Below, piece after piece: positions 54,493 to 64,000 of a stretch of 64,000 nucleotides of DNA (positions within the stretch are counted from its first letter, which is position 1; each line of letters opens with the position of its first letter). Made by a program: the position numbers and the translations under genes. Under the pieces are notes generated by a model. That model was not told the DNA's origin. It worked only from the letters and a program-made list of their open reading frames with translations, and searched no databases. The stretch is from Dehalococcoidia bacterium (GTDB lineage: Bacteria; Chloroflexota; Dehalococcoidia; Lucifugimonadales; UBA2962): the NCBI GenBank assembly GCA_965116605.1, contig OZ220697.1, positions 1,617,427 through 1,681,426 on the forward strand, in the 5' to 3' direction.

Positions 54493-55256
54493 CCGCGGCT
54501 CGCCGTTATCTCCATCAAGAGATGGTAGTGATGGAGGCCCACGAAAAGTTCACCCTTCCACCTGACGTCCAGGCGGAGCTTGCGGCCCTTCCAGAACCGA
54601 CCGCACCCGGCTACCTCGACAGCTTGGAACGAGCGCCTCTTGAGGTGGTGGTAATCGCACGTCGCTTTGCGACGGACCAGAGACTCCGAGACCAGATTGA
54701 CTCGATCCTGGTCAGTCGCTTAACGCCAGTCATCCGGGCTGCCGTTCATCGGCATGGGCGAGTGTCTAGAACGGAGCTCAAAGACGCCGAGCAAGAGGCG
54801 ATGGCTCTGTTCTGGGAGGCGATTCTGAGTGAGTCCTTCTTCGAAGTGCGGTTCAACCAGGCTATGCGGTTTCTTGCTAAGCAGGCTGGGAGGAAGATAC
54901 GGGGAGGCAAGCAGAGGGAGTTCGAAAGTTCCGCCCTACGTGCCGGGACCGAGGATTCTGAGAATCCAGACGGCCGAGATAGTCCCGTAGACGTCCCAGA
55001 CCGTGTTGACGAATATTCTCGGTCCGAGGACCGGAACCTCATCAATTTAGGGCTGGCTTCACTTCCCGAGGAGCAAGCGAGGGCGATAGTCCTTCGCTAC
55101 AGAATGGACCTGCAAATCTACAGCCATGATCCCGCAGTGCGCACGGTCGCTTCGGTACTTGGCTGCGGGGAGCGAAAGGCCCGTAAGCTGATCGCGGACG
55201 GTAGGGCGGGCTTGCGGCGTGCCATTGGTCAGGAGGACGACTATGAGTCGCGTTAA
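54480..55256 (+). CDS. Sigma-70 family (ECF-like) sigma factor-like protein
   Basis: A region-2-like segment (AEQEAMALFWEAILSESF) and a region-4 HTH (LPEEQARAIVLRYRMD...IASVLGCGERKARKLIADGRAGLRRAI) are present. The start is uncertain (GTG 54480, ATG 54522 or 54531). Confidence 0.6.
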   Translation: MQVSAAARRYLHQEMVVMEAHEKFTLPPDVQAELAALPEPTAPGYLDSLERAPLEVVVIARRFATDQRLRDQIDSILVSRLTPVIRAAVHRHGRVSRTELKDAEQEAMALFWEAILSESFFEVRFNQAMRFLAKQAGRKIRGGKQREFESSALRAGTEDSENPDGRDSPVDVPDRVDEYSRSEDRNLINLGLASLPEEQARAIVLRYRMDLQIYSHDPAVRTVASVLGCGERKARKLIADGRAGLRRAIGQEDDYESR

Positions 55257-55872
55257 CAGAGGCAACGGGGTGCAGAAGTTCTGGGAAGCGCGTGCCAGCG
55301 GCGCGGAAGTCGAGGTGAAGGCAATCCTTGAAGAGCATCCAGATGAAGCGTTGGAGCTTGCAGATGCAATCCGAGAGGCCGCGAGGCAGGAAGATTCGGC
55401 GGCTCGGGAGCGCATGTGGCTTGCGCGAGCACATGTGCTCAACCAGTCGGGTGGAGATATGAGTCTGGGAGACCTGCTCCGCAGCTCGCGGGAAGAAGCG
55501 GGCTTGAGCACGACCGCCCTTAGCCAAAGAGCTCAGGGACGCGGAGTAAGTCTAATCGCAACGGCGATCCAGCAATTGGAAGCTGACAGGGCGAAGGTCA
55601 CAAACTTAAGGACTCCCGGTCTGTGGTCGACACTTGCGGAGATTTTGCAGATTGACCCCCACAGACTCGTGGCGACGATTCGACTCGCCGTCTCTGGTTC
55701 CCCCACAGCACAGCGCTTCACGCGGATGGAGCGGGGGTCGACAGCTGCAAACCGTCAACGACTTATGACTAGCGGGTTGCCATTAGATGCGGGAGATGAC
55801 ATGGCAGACTATATCGATTGGGTCAGGGAGGAATTGGGCCTACCGCCTTCGCCGACCGATGCGACTCAATAG
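55243..55872 (+). CDS. XRE-family helix-turn-helix regulator
   Basis: ATG 55243 has AGGAGG 6 nt upstream and overlaps the sigma-like stop. SLGDLLRSSREEAGLSTTALSQRAQGRGVSLIATAIQQLEADR is an XRE-type HTH. Confidence 0.65.
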   Translation: MSRVNRGNGVQKFWEARASGAEVEVKAILEEHPDEALELADAIREAARQEDSAARERMWLARAHVLNQSGGDMSLGDLLRSSREEAGLSTTALSQRAQGRGVSLIATAIQQLEADRAKVTNLRTPGLWSTLAEILQIDPHRLVATIRLAVSGSPTAQRFTRMERGSTAANRQRLMTSGLPLDAGDDMADYIDWVREELGLPPSPTDATQ

Positions 55873-56346
55873 CCGGTGCTGCTCGAGGGCGATGAAGATG
55901 ACGTCCTGCGACACCTGGTATCGTCTTGCAACGTCAGCCGGCATCAATCCAGCATCAACATCTTTGCGAAGCCATCGAGGTGGCACTAGCAACACACTGC
56001 TGAAGTAGTCCGCTTCGCGTTCAAGTTCCTTTTCCGGGTCCGCCGAGTACAGCGCGCTCTCAGGGTCCTCGTGTGGGGAGAATACGAAGCCGTCCGGGTG
56101 CATTAGATAGTGGCCTATCTCATGCCCGATCGAGAACCGCTGTCCGGTTTCAGACTCAGAGGCATTCACGTGAATCTGTCCGTGTTCAAGCAGTGCGCGA
56201 CCGCCGTGTTCGCCCGTGTCGGAATAGACTATGTGGAGAAACAGGGATGCAGCGAGGTGCTTCACATCAACCGGCGGGAGGCTAACCCCGGCGTCTTTGA
56301 GGAGGTCCTCAGCCTTGATCCTACATAGATGAGTTCGTACTGGCAT
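55840..56346 (-). CDS. ImmA/IrrE-family zinc metallopeptidase
   Basis: FSIGHEIGHYLMH (HExxH) plus EREADYFSSVLLVP is the ImmA/IrrE signature. Its 3' end overlaps the convergent XRE gene by 33 nt. Confidence 0.8.
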   Translation of the reverse strand: MPVRTHLCRIKAEDLLKDAGVSLPPVDVKHLAASLFLHIVYSDTGEHGGRALLEHGQIHVNASESETGQRFSIGHEIGHYLMHPDGFVFSPHEDPESALYSADPEKELEREADYFSSVLLVPPRWLRKDVDAGLMPADVARRYQVSQDVIFIALEQHRLLSRIGRRRR

Positions 56347-56741
56347 CAGTAGCGGTCTCGTCGTTGGTCGATTCGTTCAGCGAAACGGTCCGTCAAGCCT
56401 GCTCCGTGGTCTCGTAGGGTGTCCAGGTAATTGGCGAACCAGCGGACGGCGATTGCAGCGTCCCCTCGGCCAACAGAGCGCTTCTCCATGGCCTTGCGGA
56501 GTTCAGTAGCAGCCTCGGCCACATCATCCGCGTCGAGTTCATCTTCAAATACCCAGTTCAGATCGTACAAACCTAGCTCTTCCAACGCATCACTCATGTC
56601 GTCGGTGCTGACGCCGCAATAGTCGACATTCAACCAGGGACACTTGATGTTCTGTTGTCGAGCAACACAGGTCCGGATCCCCTGGACAGGGTTTTCGGGA
56701 CGGCATGGTACCGGGTCAGGCCAAATGAGCGGTCGCTCCAT
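56346..56741 (-). CDS. Hypothetical protein coupled to the ImmA-like gene
   Basis: Its stop overlaps the ImmA start (TGATG). An acidic helical segment is present (MSDALEELGLYDLNWVFEDELDADDVAEAATEL). The true start may be internal. Confidence 0.4.
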   Translation of the reverse strand: MERPLIWPDPVPCRPENPVQGIRTCVARQQNIKCPWLNVDYCGVSTDDMSDALEELGLYDLNWVFEDELDADDVAEAATELRKAMEKRSVGRGDAAIAVRWFANYLDTLRDHGAGLTDRFAERIDQRRDRY

Positions 56742-56851
56742 GTGACATCACCCTCCCCTCTTGACCAACACTGGTGTATTGGGACTTCCAACTCGCCCTC
56801 TTGGTAGCGTGGCCGCCCTGCGTCGTTGACCGGATTCGTTGATGGTCACGC

Positions 56852-57688
56852 CTACTCCATCGACCTGAGGAACTCCTGGGCGAGGCCGACCACATCCGCT
56901 TGTATTTCATCGTCGGTCCCCAGGGTCAAGAACTGTGCCGCCCCTATAGGGCCGAGGCCGTCGTGGCTGCAGAAGTCCCTAGCAACTATGGACAGTGCGT
57001 CGTCAATGTAGGCGCTCGGCTGGAGGGAAGCCAGGCTCTCTACGACTTTGGGGACTCCCAGCCCTCTCCATACATAGAAAAGGTCGTACGCGTCTTTGTT
57101 TTCCGCCCTGTTGCCAAAGGCAAGAGCTTTGAGGATCGTAAAGGCGCCTGGACCGCACACGGGAATGCTGCGAGTCGCCCACGCACCGGAAGGGGTGCGG
57201 GCTGACAGCTCTTTCCACTGCCGGTCCCTGAAGGCCAGTTCGAGACCTGGTGTGACTATAGCGGCCAGATCAGATTCGATGTGGAGGAGTGCACCTCCTT
57301 GATCTGCCTCATCGGTGGGAGGAATCAGGAAGTCCACCCGTACAGAATAAGGAGCGATCGTAGTCCAGGTCTGTAATCTCATGTTGCTCTGCTCATTCAC
57401 TTCGGGCTCGAATCCTGCGTCTCGCAACCTGTCGCCCAGCTCTCGATAGCGCTCGCGATTCAGCATGGCCAACGCCAAGCCCATGTCCAGATCCATTGTT
57501 CCCGCGTGAGGGTCTAGACCCGGCGGCAGGTCTCCTTGGTCGACAAGCAGATAGGGAACCAGCCCGCCCACAACAACGACCTCATCAAGCAGATCTCCCA
57601 ACTTAGTTGCCATGTGAAGACATGTGCTCTGGACAAAGCCCAGCTGCTCGATGCCGTAGCCGCCACCGCTTGGTGGCTTAGAGGTCAT
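56852..57688 (-). CDS. AbiEii/AbiGii-like nucleotidyltransferase (type IV TA / abortive-infection toxin family)
   Basis: VVVGGLVPYLL...HAGTMDLDMGL (NTase G-x and DxD region) and FTILKALAFGNRAENKDAYDLFYV (K..A...R...KD.YDL) are present. It overlaps the upstream AbiEi-like gene. Confidence 0.6.
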   Translation of the reverse strand: MTSKPPSGGGYGIEQLGFVQSTCLHMATKLGDLLDEVVVVGGLVPYLLVDQGDLPPGLDPHAGTMDLDMGLALAMLNRERYRELGDRLRDAGFEPEVNEQSNMRLQTWTTIAPYSVRVDFLIPPTDEADQGGALLHIESDLAAIVTPGLELAFRDRQWKELSARTPSGAWATRSIPVCGPGAFTILKALAFGNRAENKDAYDLFYVWRGLGVPKVVESLASLQPSAYIDDALSIVARDFCSHDGLGPIGAAQFLTLGTDDEIQADVVGLAQEFLRSME

Positions 57689-58796
57689 CGTTGTCTCCCA
57701 AGAGGAGCCGCTTCCGCAGCTCTTCTGCGGCTTCTGTCGCCCTTTCGGGGTGACTCTTCAGATCGAGATAGGCCTGCACAGGATGGACGCACCGTATGCC
57801 ATCAACAACCTCGGCTCCATCGAAGACGCCCTCGTCGTTGGGTGTAACCAGCCAAGTGTTCGCCCCTTTAGGCTCTTCCCTGAAGCCGAGGTCGCTCTTG
57901 ACCCCCACCGATGGGGGACGTGAGAGATACACGGTGGAAAGACGGAATCCGGCGTGTCGTGTCAACAGCCACGCTGCGGCGAGCCCCGTCACTGCGTACG
58001 ATACGTCCGTGCTAGAGAGGACTTCTGCGATTGACCGGGTTAGCGAATCGCCTCCCGAAGTTGAAATGTGACCCCGGATCACGTGGTGTCGGTCGAACCT
58101 GTAGTCTTCCCTCCATGCGTCGAGCAGTGTCCCCCTGTCAGTGACACGGATGCCATCATCGCCTCGTTGCACGAGACCGGCCTCGAGGAGCTTGCCTATG
58201 ACGCGGCTTGCATGTCCCTCATTTAGACCGACGCTGGAGGCTATCGCGCGCTGAGTTTTTGGCTTGGAAGGCTCAATGAGCAATTGCCTTGCTATTCGAG
58301 AGCCCTTAGTTCCGAACGGGCTCTCTGGCCTTCCGGGCCTGCGGAACAGATTGGGATTCCCTAGGTTCTGGTAGAAGATGCCGGGCACGATGATTCTAGC
58401 GTTGCCTGAGAGGTCCAGCCATGGAAGTTGGGCTTCCTCGCAACGTTCCTGGCCTGCTTCGCCCATGTAAGGGACTGCTAGGGCTGGAGTTACCCTTTGA
58501 GGGAAGCTGCTCGGGGCCGTCCTCAATTTGCGAATTGCCTCAGTGATATGGCCAAGGGACCCCGATCGCTTCCATTCCAAGACGAAGGACTGATCTAGAT
58601 TGGTGAAGACGGCGTCCCAGACGCAATCGTCATCGGTGCGCACATTGAAGCTGGCGTCTTCAGTCAAGTCGGCGACGCCAAAGATGTCGGCGAGACGATC
58701 GACTGCTTGCCGAATTGCCATGGACTCACGTGGGATCTGCATAAGTGCTTTTATACCATGCTTTGCGCATTTGCGCAACCCATGCTGTTTAAGCAA
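57678..58796 (-). CDS. AbiEi-like antitoxin/transcriptional regulator (extended N-terminus)
   Basis: A winged-HTH segment (TQRAIASSVGLNEGHASRVIGKLLEAGLVQR) and a C-terminal ..CVHPVQAYLDLKSHPERATEAAEELRKRLL match the AbiEi C-domain pattern. An 11-nt overlap links it to the NTase gene. Confidence 0.55.
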   Translation of the reverse strand: MLKQHGLRKCAKHGIKALMQIPRESMAIRQAVDRLADIFGVADLTEDASFNVRTDDDCVWDAVFTNLDQSFVLEWKRSGSLGHITEAIRKLRTAPSSFPQRVTPALAVPYMGEAGQERCEEAQLPWLDLSGNARIIVPGIFYQNLGNPNLFRRPGRPESPFGTKGSRIARQLLIEPSKPKTQRAIASSVGLNEGHASRVIGKLLEAGLVQRGDDGIRVTDRGTLLDAWREDYRFDRHHVIRGHISTSGGDSLTRSIAEVLSSTDVSYAVTGLAAAWLLTRHAGFRLSTVYLSRPPSVGVKSDLGFREEPKGANTWLVTPNDEGVFDGAEVVDGIRCVHPVQAYLDLKSHPERATEAAEELRKRLLLGDNDDL

Positions 58797-59570
58797 CTTA
58801 GGACTGCGTTACCGGCGACTTGGGGACGCCACTGTCCGTGGTTCTGCGCGGCTACCCCTCGCTAGAGAAATCCAAAGGCTTGTCCGTCACGACGTCAAGA
58901 GGTATGCCGGTGTTTGGGCACGCCGCCGCCCAGACGCGTCGGCCGCCCACGATCAGCTCCTCGGAGTCCGACCCAGGCGTATCGCTGTCGCCAGCCATCG
59001 GGACCGTATAGCGAACTACGGCCTTGCTTGGCATGACCACGATCTCCCTTCTGTACTCACCGGTTCCCGGCGAGTCGCCCGCCTCGCCCGTCCACGCGAG
59101 CGGTTGCACACTCTACCGCGCCGTGATGCTGACGCTGAACGTCCCGTCGGCATGACACCCCCCTTACACACCGCCGCCGCATGATTCAATCGCTTCCCCA
59201 ACAATAGGTGCCTGCGTCGCACGCGCCGCGAGTTCGTCTCTCTCGCTCTGCATCACCCTGACCCCTTCAGGCCGTATGGCACTCAGGAGAACAAGTGGCG
59301 CACCCGTCAACTTGTCGGAATATGCGCCGCAACTGCCCCGCGCTGCCCGCGCGTGCGAAAGACAAGGGTTTCAATCCGCTGCCTCAACGTCTCACGGTGA
59401 GGGGACGTTCCCGTAGTACCATCGGGCGATTACCTCATCCGCGGCCTCGCCGAAAGCCTTTCCGATGTCCCATTTGGACCGCGTCCTGTACCAATCCCTT
59501 AGCCGGGAAATCATGTTCGACACCGTGGTCCCTAGGCCTACCTTCTAGCCTATGTATGAATCTTGCAGCT

Positions 59571-60770
59571 TTAGACTATCGTAAGAGGACAGGGCGGTAG
59601 TTCCGGCCACCACCGTTTCGGATACAGGTACTTGTCGCCTTCTGCATCGTCGGGCGTCTCGTATTCGGGGACATAGCTTTCCCCGATCCCATCCAGCCAA
59701 TCCCAGTCGACGACATTGTTAGCGTATTGAATCGCTCGGTTGATACGGTTCACTTCCCTTAGCATTGACCCGCTACGTGGGCCAGCCGGTAGCACCTTCA
59801 CCAAGACATACTTGAACATCATCAGAACAGACTGTAGTTCGATTCGGCTAACGGTCCTGTTGCCGACCATGTATTGCTGGACACGCCGCTCCGGCTCTTG
59901 CACCAGACGCCTCCCGTACGGTTCCGGCATCCACACGGCCCTTCTCTCTTGTGACTCTTCAAACTTCGGGAAGTCTTCGGAGAGTACGATCTGGCAAGCC
60001 GGACAATCTTCGTTCAGACTCCAAGAATTGGCATCTTCAGTCTCCTCGTCCTCCCTGACATGCCAAACGGCGGAGAGACACTCGTCGCAAAAGGGAACCT
60101 GTCCACATTTACCATCTCCCCGGTGGGCGTAAATGTACGAGACAGAATATCCGTCGCCCGAGTCACTGAATGGCCTGTCACAGCGTACGCAGCGCAAATT
60201 GCCCCCGGCGACATCCCTGCGCTGCTGCTCGAATTCTTTCCAGAGAGCCTCGCGCTCCTTACGCTGTCTGTATGGACTGCGAAAGTCCTCCCTTATGCCG
60301 ACTATCGGATCGTTGAGCGTTGCCAAGTGTTGCCAGAGATCAGCGAGGCGCTGGCGCCGGCGGTTACGACAGTTACGATTGGAGATATGGCCCCTCATGA
60401 CCGAGCTATCAGTCGGTCGCTGGCTACCATCCAACTCAAAAATGTCGATCCCGTGGGCAGCGCAGTAGGCCAGCTTGGCTGCCGAAGGAGGGCTGGTATG
60501 TGTGATTTCGAGCCATATCGGTGGCTTGCCGCTCCTCTCCAAGAGAATGTCCGGGCGAAAGCCACCGTAGTCGGCCTCACGTCTTACGGCACTGACTTCC
60601 GTCATGATGTTCTCCACGAACCCGCCGCCCTCGCAACTCCCACAACAATCCCTGAAGAACATCCAGAATCCCTGCTGCCGTTTGCGACACCGCTCCAACT
60701 GTTGGGCCAGCATAGCTGTATTGGTCCAATGCGGGACACCTTCCGGATATCCAGGTGTGCCCATGTTCAT
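59571..60770 (-). CDS. CoiA-like PD-(D/E)xK nuclease domain protein with Cys-rich (zinc-ribbon-like) middle region
   Basis: GGFRPDILLERSGKPPIWLEITHTSPPSAAKLAYCAAHGIDIFELD resembles the CoiA-type core (..aDv.......i.iEiq.S). It is followed by CVRCDR...CGQVPFCDEC...CPAC. Confidence 0.45.
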   Translation of the reverse strand: MNMGTPGYPEGVPHWTNTAMLAQQLERCRKRQQGFWMFFRDCCGSCEGGGFVENIMTEVSAVRREADYGGFRPDILLERSGKPPIWLEITHTSPPSAAKLAYCAAHGIDIFELDGSQRPTDSSVMRGHISNRNCRNRRRQRLADLWQHLATLNDPIVGIREDFRSPYRQRKEREALWKEFEQQRRDVAGGNLRCVRCDRPFSDSGDGYSVSYIYAHRGDGKCGQVPFCDECLSAVWHVREDEETEDANSWSLNEDCPACQIVLSEDFPKFEESQERRAVWMPEPYGRRLVQEPERRVQQYMVGNRTVSRIELQSVLMMFKYVLVKVLPAGPRSGSMLREVNRINRAIQYANNVVDWDWLDGIGESYVPEYETPDDAEGDKYLYPKRWWPELPPCPLTIV

Positions 60771-61451
60771 CTCATTTACCTTGTCGATTCCTGGGCCTTG
60801 TCTGTGTAGCTATGCCCGTCGGCCGCAGCGACGCGGCTACATGACTTCCCGTTCGTTGTTCTGCCAAGCTCCGTACTGGCTGCCCATATCAGGAGCCAGC
60901 AAATCTGCTTCAGCGGCTGGTGACACCAGCATAGCAACTGGCCCTAGCAATAGGGGCAGGTCCCTATCTGGTGACCTAGAACTGGCTTCGGCCAATCTCC
61001 GCTAAGAATTGGTCCACAACTTGAGCGCCATGCGCTGCGGATCACTTAGGATGAGGTTCCCTCTTTTGATCTTGGCGTGGAGTCGAAGACGTAGCACCCT
61101 GCCTGGGTTGGTCCGTATGTTCTCTTCGGCGATTCTAGTTAACACGGCATTGTCAGAGACTGCTTCAAGGAACTTTGCGACAGGCCAGCCCTACTGGCCG
61201 AAGGCCTAGACTACGCCTCTTCTGAGGGCTCGGTCCCGGCCCGATCCGTGGCGACGAATTAGCCGCTGGAATACCCGGCAGCGCCCTGGGAAGACGCGTT
61301 TCAATGTCCATTTGGTCTGCACTAACTCACAGCTAGCATGAAACGTTGAACCGGTCGACTTTCAAGGAAATTGGAGGGGGGTCTGGTCTTGGGGGTGCCT
61401 TCAAACCGGCCGGACCAGCATCCTGGGAGACACGTGGATGGGAAGCGGGCT

Positions 61452-61826
61452 ATGACCGAAGTACGCCAATTCCATAGGCGCATGGTGGCAAACCTTCCGC
61501 CTGGCACAGTTATGCGAAACCTCGGCGGTGGGATCACCACCATCAAGAGTTACTCGGCCGGCAAAGTCTCGTACGTGAGGGGAAAGTCTACGTTTCGAGT
61601 GGCGATCAGCGACCTGTTCTCGGCCTACTCCCGCTTTAGGGGCGCTCAGGTGAGGTCCCGTGACCTGAGGCTGCATGCGCCAGAGGTGTTCGATTCTTCG
61701 GCTCGACCAGCCGGTCATTCATGCAACTGCACTTTCTTGTTCATGGTGCTTCGACGGCTTGGTATGGCGAGCGGAGTCGAAGGCCGGGGAACCCGTTCTG
61801 ATCCCTTCAGCACAACTTTCTTGTAG
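61452..61826 (+). CDS. Hypothetical protein
   Basis: An ORF with reasonable composition (MTEVRQFHRRMVANLPPGTV...GHSCNCTFLFMVLRRLG). The family is not recognised. Confidence 0.35.
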   Translation: MTEVRQFHRRMVANLPPGTVMRNLGGGITTIKSYSAGKVSYVRGKSTFRVAISDLFSAYSRFRGAQVRSRDLRLHAPEVFDSSARPAGHSCNCTFLFMVLRRLGMASGVEGRGTRSDPFSTTFL

Positions 61827-62762
61827 CGCGCGCTCCTTCGGAGATTCCTCCATGTTGCTGCAGGAGGTCGTCAGCGGCGAGCAGGACGCTATAGTGACCA
61901 AGGCACAGAGCACGAGAGGACGTACATTTTCGAACTCTCTGAGCCTGCGTTTCTTTTGACGGCCAGCTTCGAATACCGTTATGTGACGCGGTAGGAGGCA
62001 TCAATGGAACTAGTGAGGCGCATCGCTTGGTTCTTGGCGTTCGGTGGATTGGCCCTGGTAGTGTTTGCCCTCGGAGCTTGCGGATGGTCGTGCGCAGATC
62101 GCCGGTGGTGCCGATTCGGAGATGGGCTCGGCGGCGACGGCTTGGTCACTTGGGGCGATAGTGTTCTGGCTTGGAGCGGCTAAGTTCGGGGCAGGGGTAG
62201 TGTTACAGCTGCTCTACCGGGCCATCTCAGGCCGTTAAAGGTTGCTGCAGGCTTTAAGCTGAATTCTCGCCCTTTTGCCTGTGGCGGACGCTCACATACT
62301 GAGCGATTGTCTGATTCGCCCCGTGCCCTGCCACCTGTGTATGTCAATCCCAGATGGCGTCACGAGAGCATCCCCGAACGGACGATAGGCCTGCGTTTCG
62401 GAGACAGGGATACGGAAACGGGAGTAGCCTAATACGTCGAATCCCATCGGTCGGGAGCATTCCCGCAGATCGCGGCGCAGGTTCTTGACCAAGTAGCGGA
62501 CCAGCCAAGACTCACCCTATCTACCCGGGTTCCAGACCCAATCCAACTGCTGAAACAGGGCAGCGCCCGCCCGGAGGTCGCCCAGAGCCAGTGTAGTATC
62601 TCGTACACGGTGACGGCTAGATGCATGGAACGCCTGTCACCCGGCGCTCGGCATATTCGAAGCGCAGGCACCCAAAAGGCTGGGTAGCAGCAGGGCGTTC
62701 CATCCGAAGACTGCCCGTCTCCTCAGTGTGGTACTGATCCTTGCCGCCATTGAAATCGCTCT

Positions 62763-63551
62763 CTATTCCCGAGGGAGGTTTTCAAGTACGCCTCTACGGG
62801 TGTCTCGACAGATGTTCTCCATAGTATCTCGGGCACTTGTGCCTGCATGTTGGGCAGCGGCGATTATCGCGGCTACCGCTATTTTTGACGCGAGTGCCTC
62901 CGCCGTCCGCAAATCGTGTTCCTCCGCCTCCTCGTTTACAGCTTTTGAGACTGAGGTGGATATTTTCGCGGTTCTTCGTTCCGACTTTTCCTGCGGCCTC
63001 TTGCGGCGATATATGAAGGATGCTATTTGTCGTCCTCGGGTAGTGTAGGTGGGAATCCTGTCTATTTCGAGGTATTCCCGCTCCAGAAGGTCGAAGAAAT
63101 TTGCCTCGGCGTTGGCGCCGTTTCTCTCCTCCCCTATGTAGACAAACCACTTCCCGGTAAATGCCTTCAGGACTTGTTCGGCCATTCGGTCCCTTATTGG
63201 AGGCCAAATCAGGAGAAGGGCTCGGCCTTCTTGATTGACGTAAGAGTGATCGTCAGGCCTGTTCTTCCGAACACGATGGTGTAGGTGTTTCGTCTTAGGG
63301 AAGTATTTGTTTTCATCTTGGTCAGGCGGAGCGGCATCGTAACACAGTACATCGGCCCCGTATTGTTTCATAAGTTCGGCGTTGTGACCCGTTCCAGCGC
63401 CGGCTTCCACGAACTCTGGACCGTACCGGAGAATTTCCCTTATGGTCTCCGGGGTTAAGTCTACGAAGTGGTCATGCCTGTTGACGTGCGAGCTGCTGAA
63501 TATCCCAAGCGGCCGCGTGTCCAACCCTGCTGGTTCTACTTCCTTTGTCAT
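62763..63551 (-). CDS. Class I SAM-dependent methyltransferase-like protein
   Basis: Motif I is FVEAGAGTGHNAELM, followed by DVLCYDAAPP (an acidic residue at the end of beta-2). The Lys/Glu-rich C-terminal tail is unusual. Confidence 0.55.
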   Translation of the reverse strand: MTKEVEPAGLDTRPLGIFSSSHVNRHDHFVDLTPETIREILRYGPEFVEAGAGTGHNAELMKQYGADVLCYDAAPPDQDENKYFPKTKHLHHRVRKNRPDDHSYVNQEGRALLLIWPPIRDRMAEQVLKAFTGKWFVYIGEERNGANAEANFFDLLEREYLEIDRIPTYTTRGRQIASFIYRRKRPQEKSERRTAKISTSVSKAVNEEAEEHDLRTAEALASKIAVAAIIAAAQHAGTSARDTMENICRDTRRGVLENLPRE

Positions 63552-64000
63552 TCTACTTCTCCCTTGCCGCTGTCACCCGGGACTGGGGTAGTTCTATGTT
63601 GCCATTCGCCATCCACTGTCTCACTGTTCCAATTGGCTCAGGTGTAAGGCAGTGCATGAAGAGTTGGACATAGCGCGGCAGCTCATCCACCTCCAGTCAA
63701 ACAGCCATTCAGGCAGTTCGCCGACTGGCCCTGACCGACTATTCCGGGCGCTTCACACGCATCGGCTTCAGCAGCGCCTTACGCAACATCCATTAGTGGT
63801 GGCGATGTCTACGATATGGATAAGAGGCAGTATTCCGTTGTTGAATCAAAAGCAGGCTACTATAAGCAGTTGGTCAATGAGTTAAGGGCTCCTTACATAA
63901 TAGCTCTGAAGGATAAAAGGTGTGGGTCTGGTACACCATCACGCATTCGGTTCGGCGACAGAACGCTCTTACTAGAAATTGCATATTCCGGAGATGTGGT

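Overview
GC-rich prokaryotic accessory DNA, read by eye with hand-counted coordinates (non-ORF features may be off by 1-2 nt).

Layout:
(1) 1-8273: a type I-E CRISPR-Cas locus. It runs cse1 (5' end off-window), cse2, cas7, cas5, cas6e, cas1, cas2, an AT-rich leader, then an array of 46 repeats and 45 spacers by my count. No cas3 lies in the window.
(2) 8.3-29.3 kb: a decayed mobile/defence patch.
- Two near-identical IS256-family copies, plus IS256-, IS1- and IS3-type remnants.
- A RES/Xre toxin-antitoxin pair.
- A NERD-SF1 helicase and an EEP nuclease.
- Three NucS-like PD-(D/E)xK paralogs.
- Several genes broken by frameshifts or in-frame TAG codons.
(3) 29.5-40.7 kb: four same-strand secreted or surface proteins (LRR/FN3 giant, CARDB, Cache lipoprotein, cadherin giant).
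(4) 42.0-43.5 kb: a tyrosine-recombinase cassette bounded by inverted dif-like core sites.
(5) 44.5-49.5 kb: an animal-type haem peroxidase and a GAF-PAS-histidine kinase fused to a complete OmpR-type response regulator.
(6) 49.6-64 kb: a second island.
- Abutting gene stumps (EEP, class III cyclase, SNF2).
- A translationally coupled ubiquitin-like/E2-like/JAB-E1 operon, placed divergently from a sigma-like/XRE/ImmA module.
- An AbiE-like pair, a CoiA-like nuclease and a SAM methyltransferase.

Most noteworthy:
- A 667-nt ORF-less group II intron splits the start of one IS256 transposase gene, while the sister copy keeps the empty site.
- The recombinase cassette is flanked by inverted dif-like sites.
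- The Ubl-conjugation operon sits next to its regulator set.
- A solitary CRISPR-repeat-like hairpin lies between cas6e and cas1.

No database search or folding program was available, so family names rest on motifs I recognise in the ORF-track translations.
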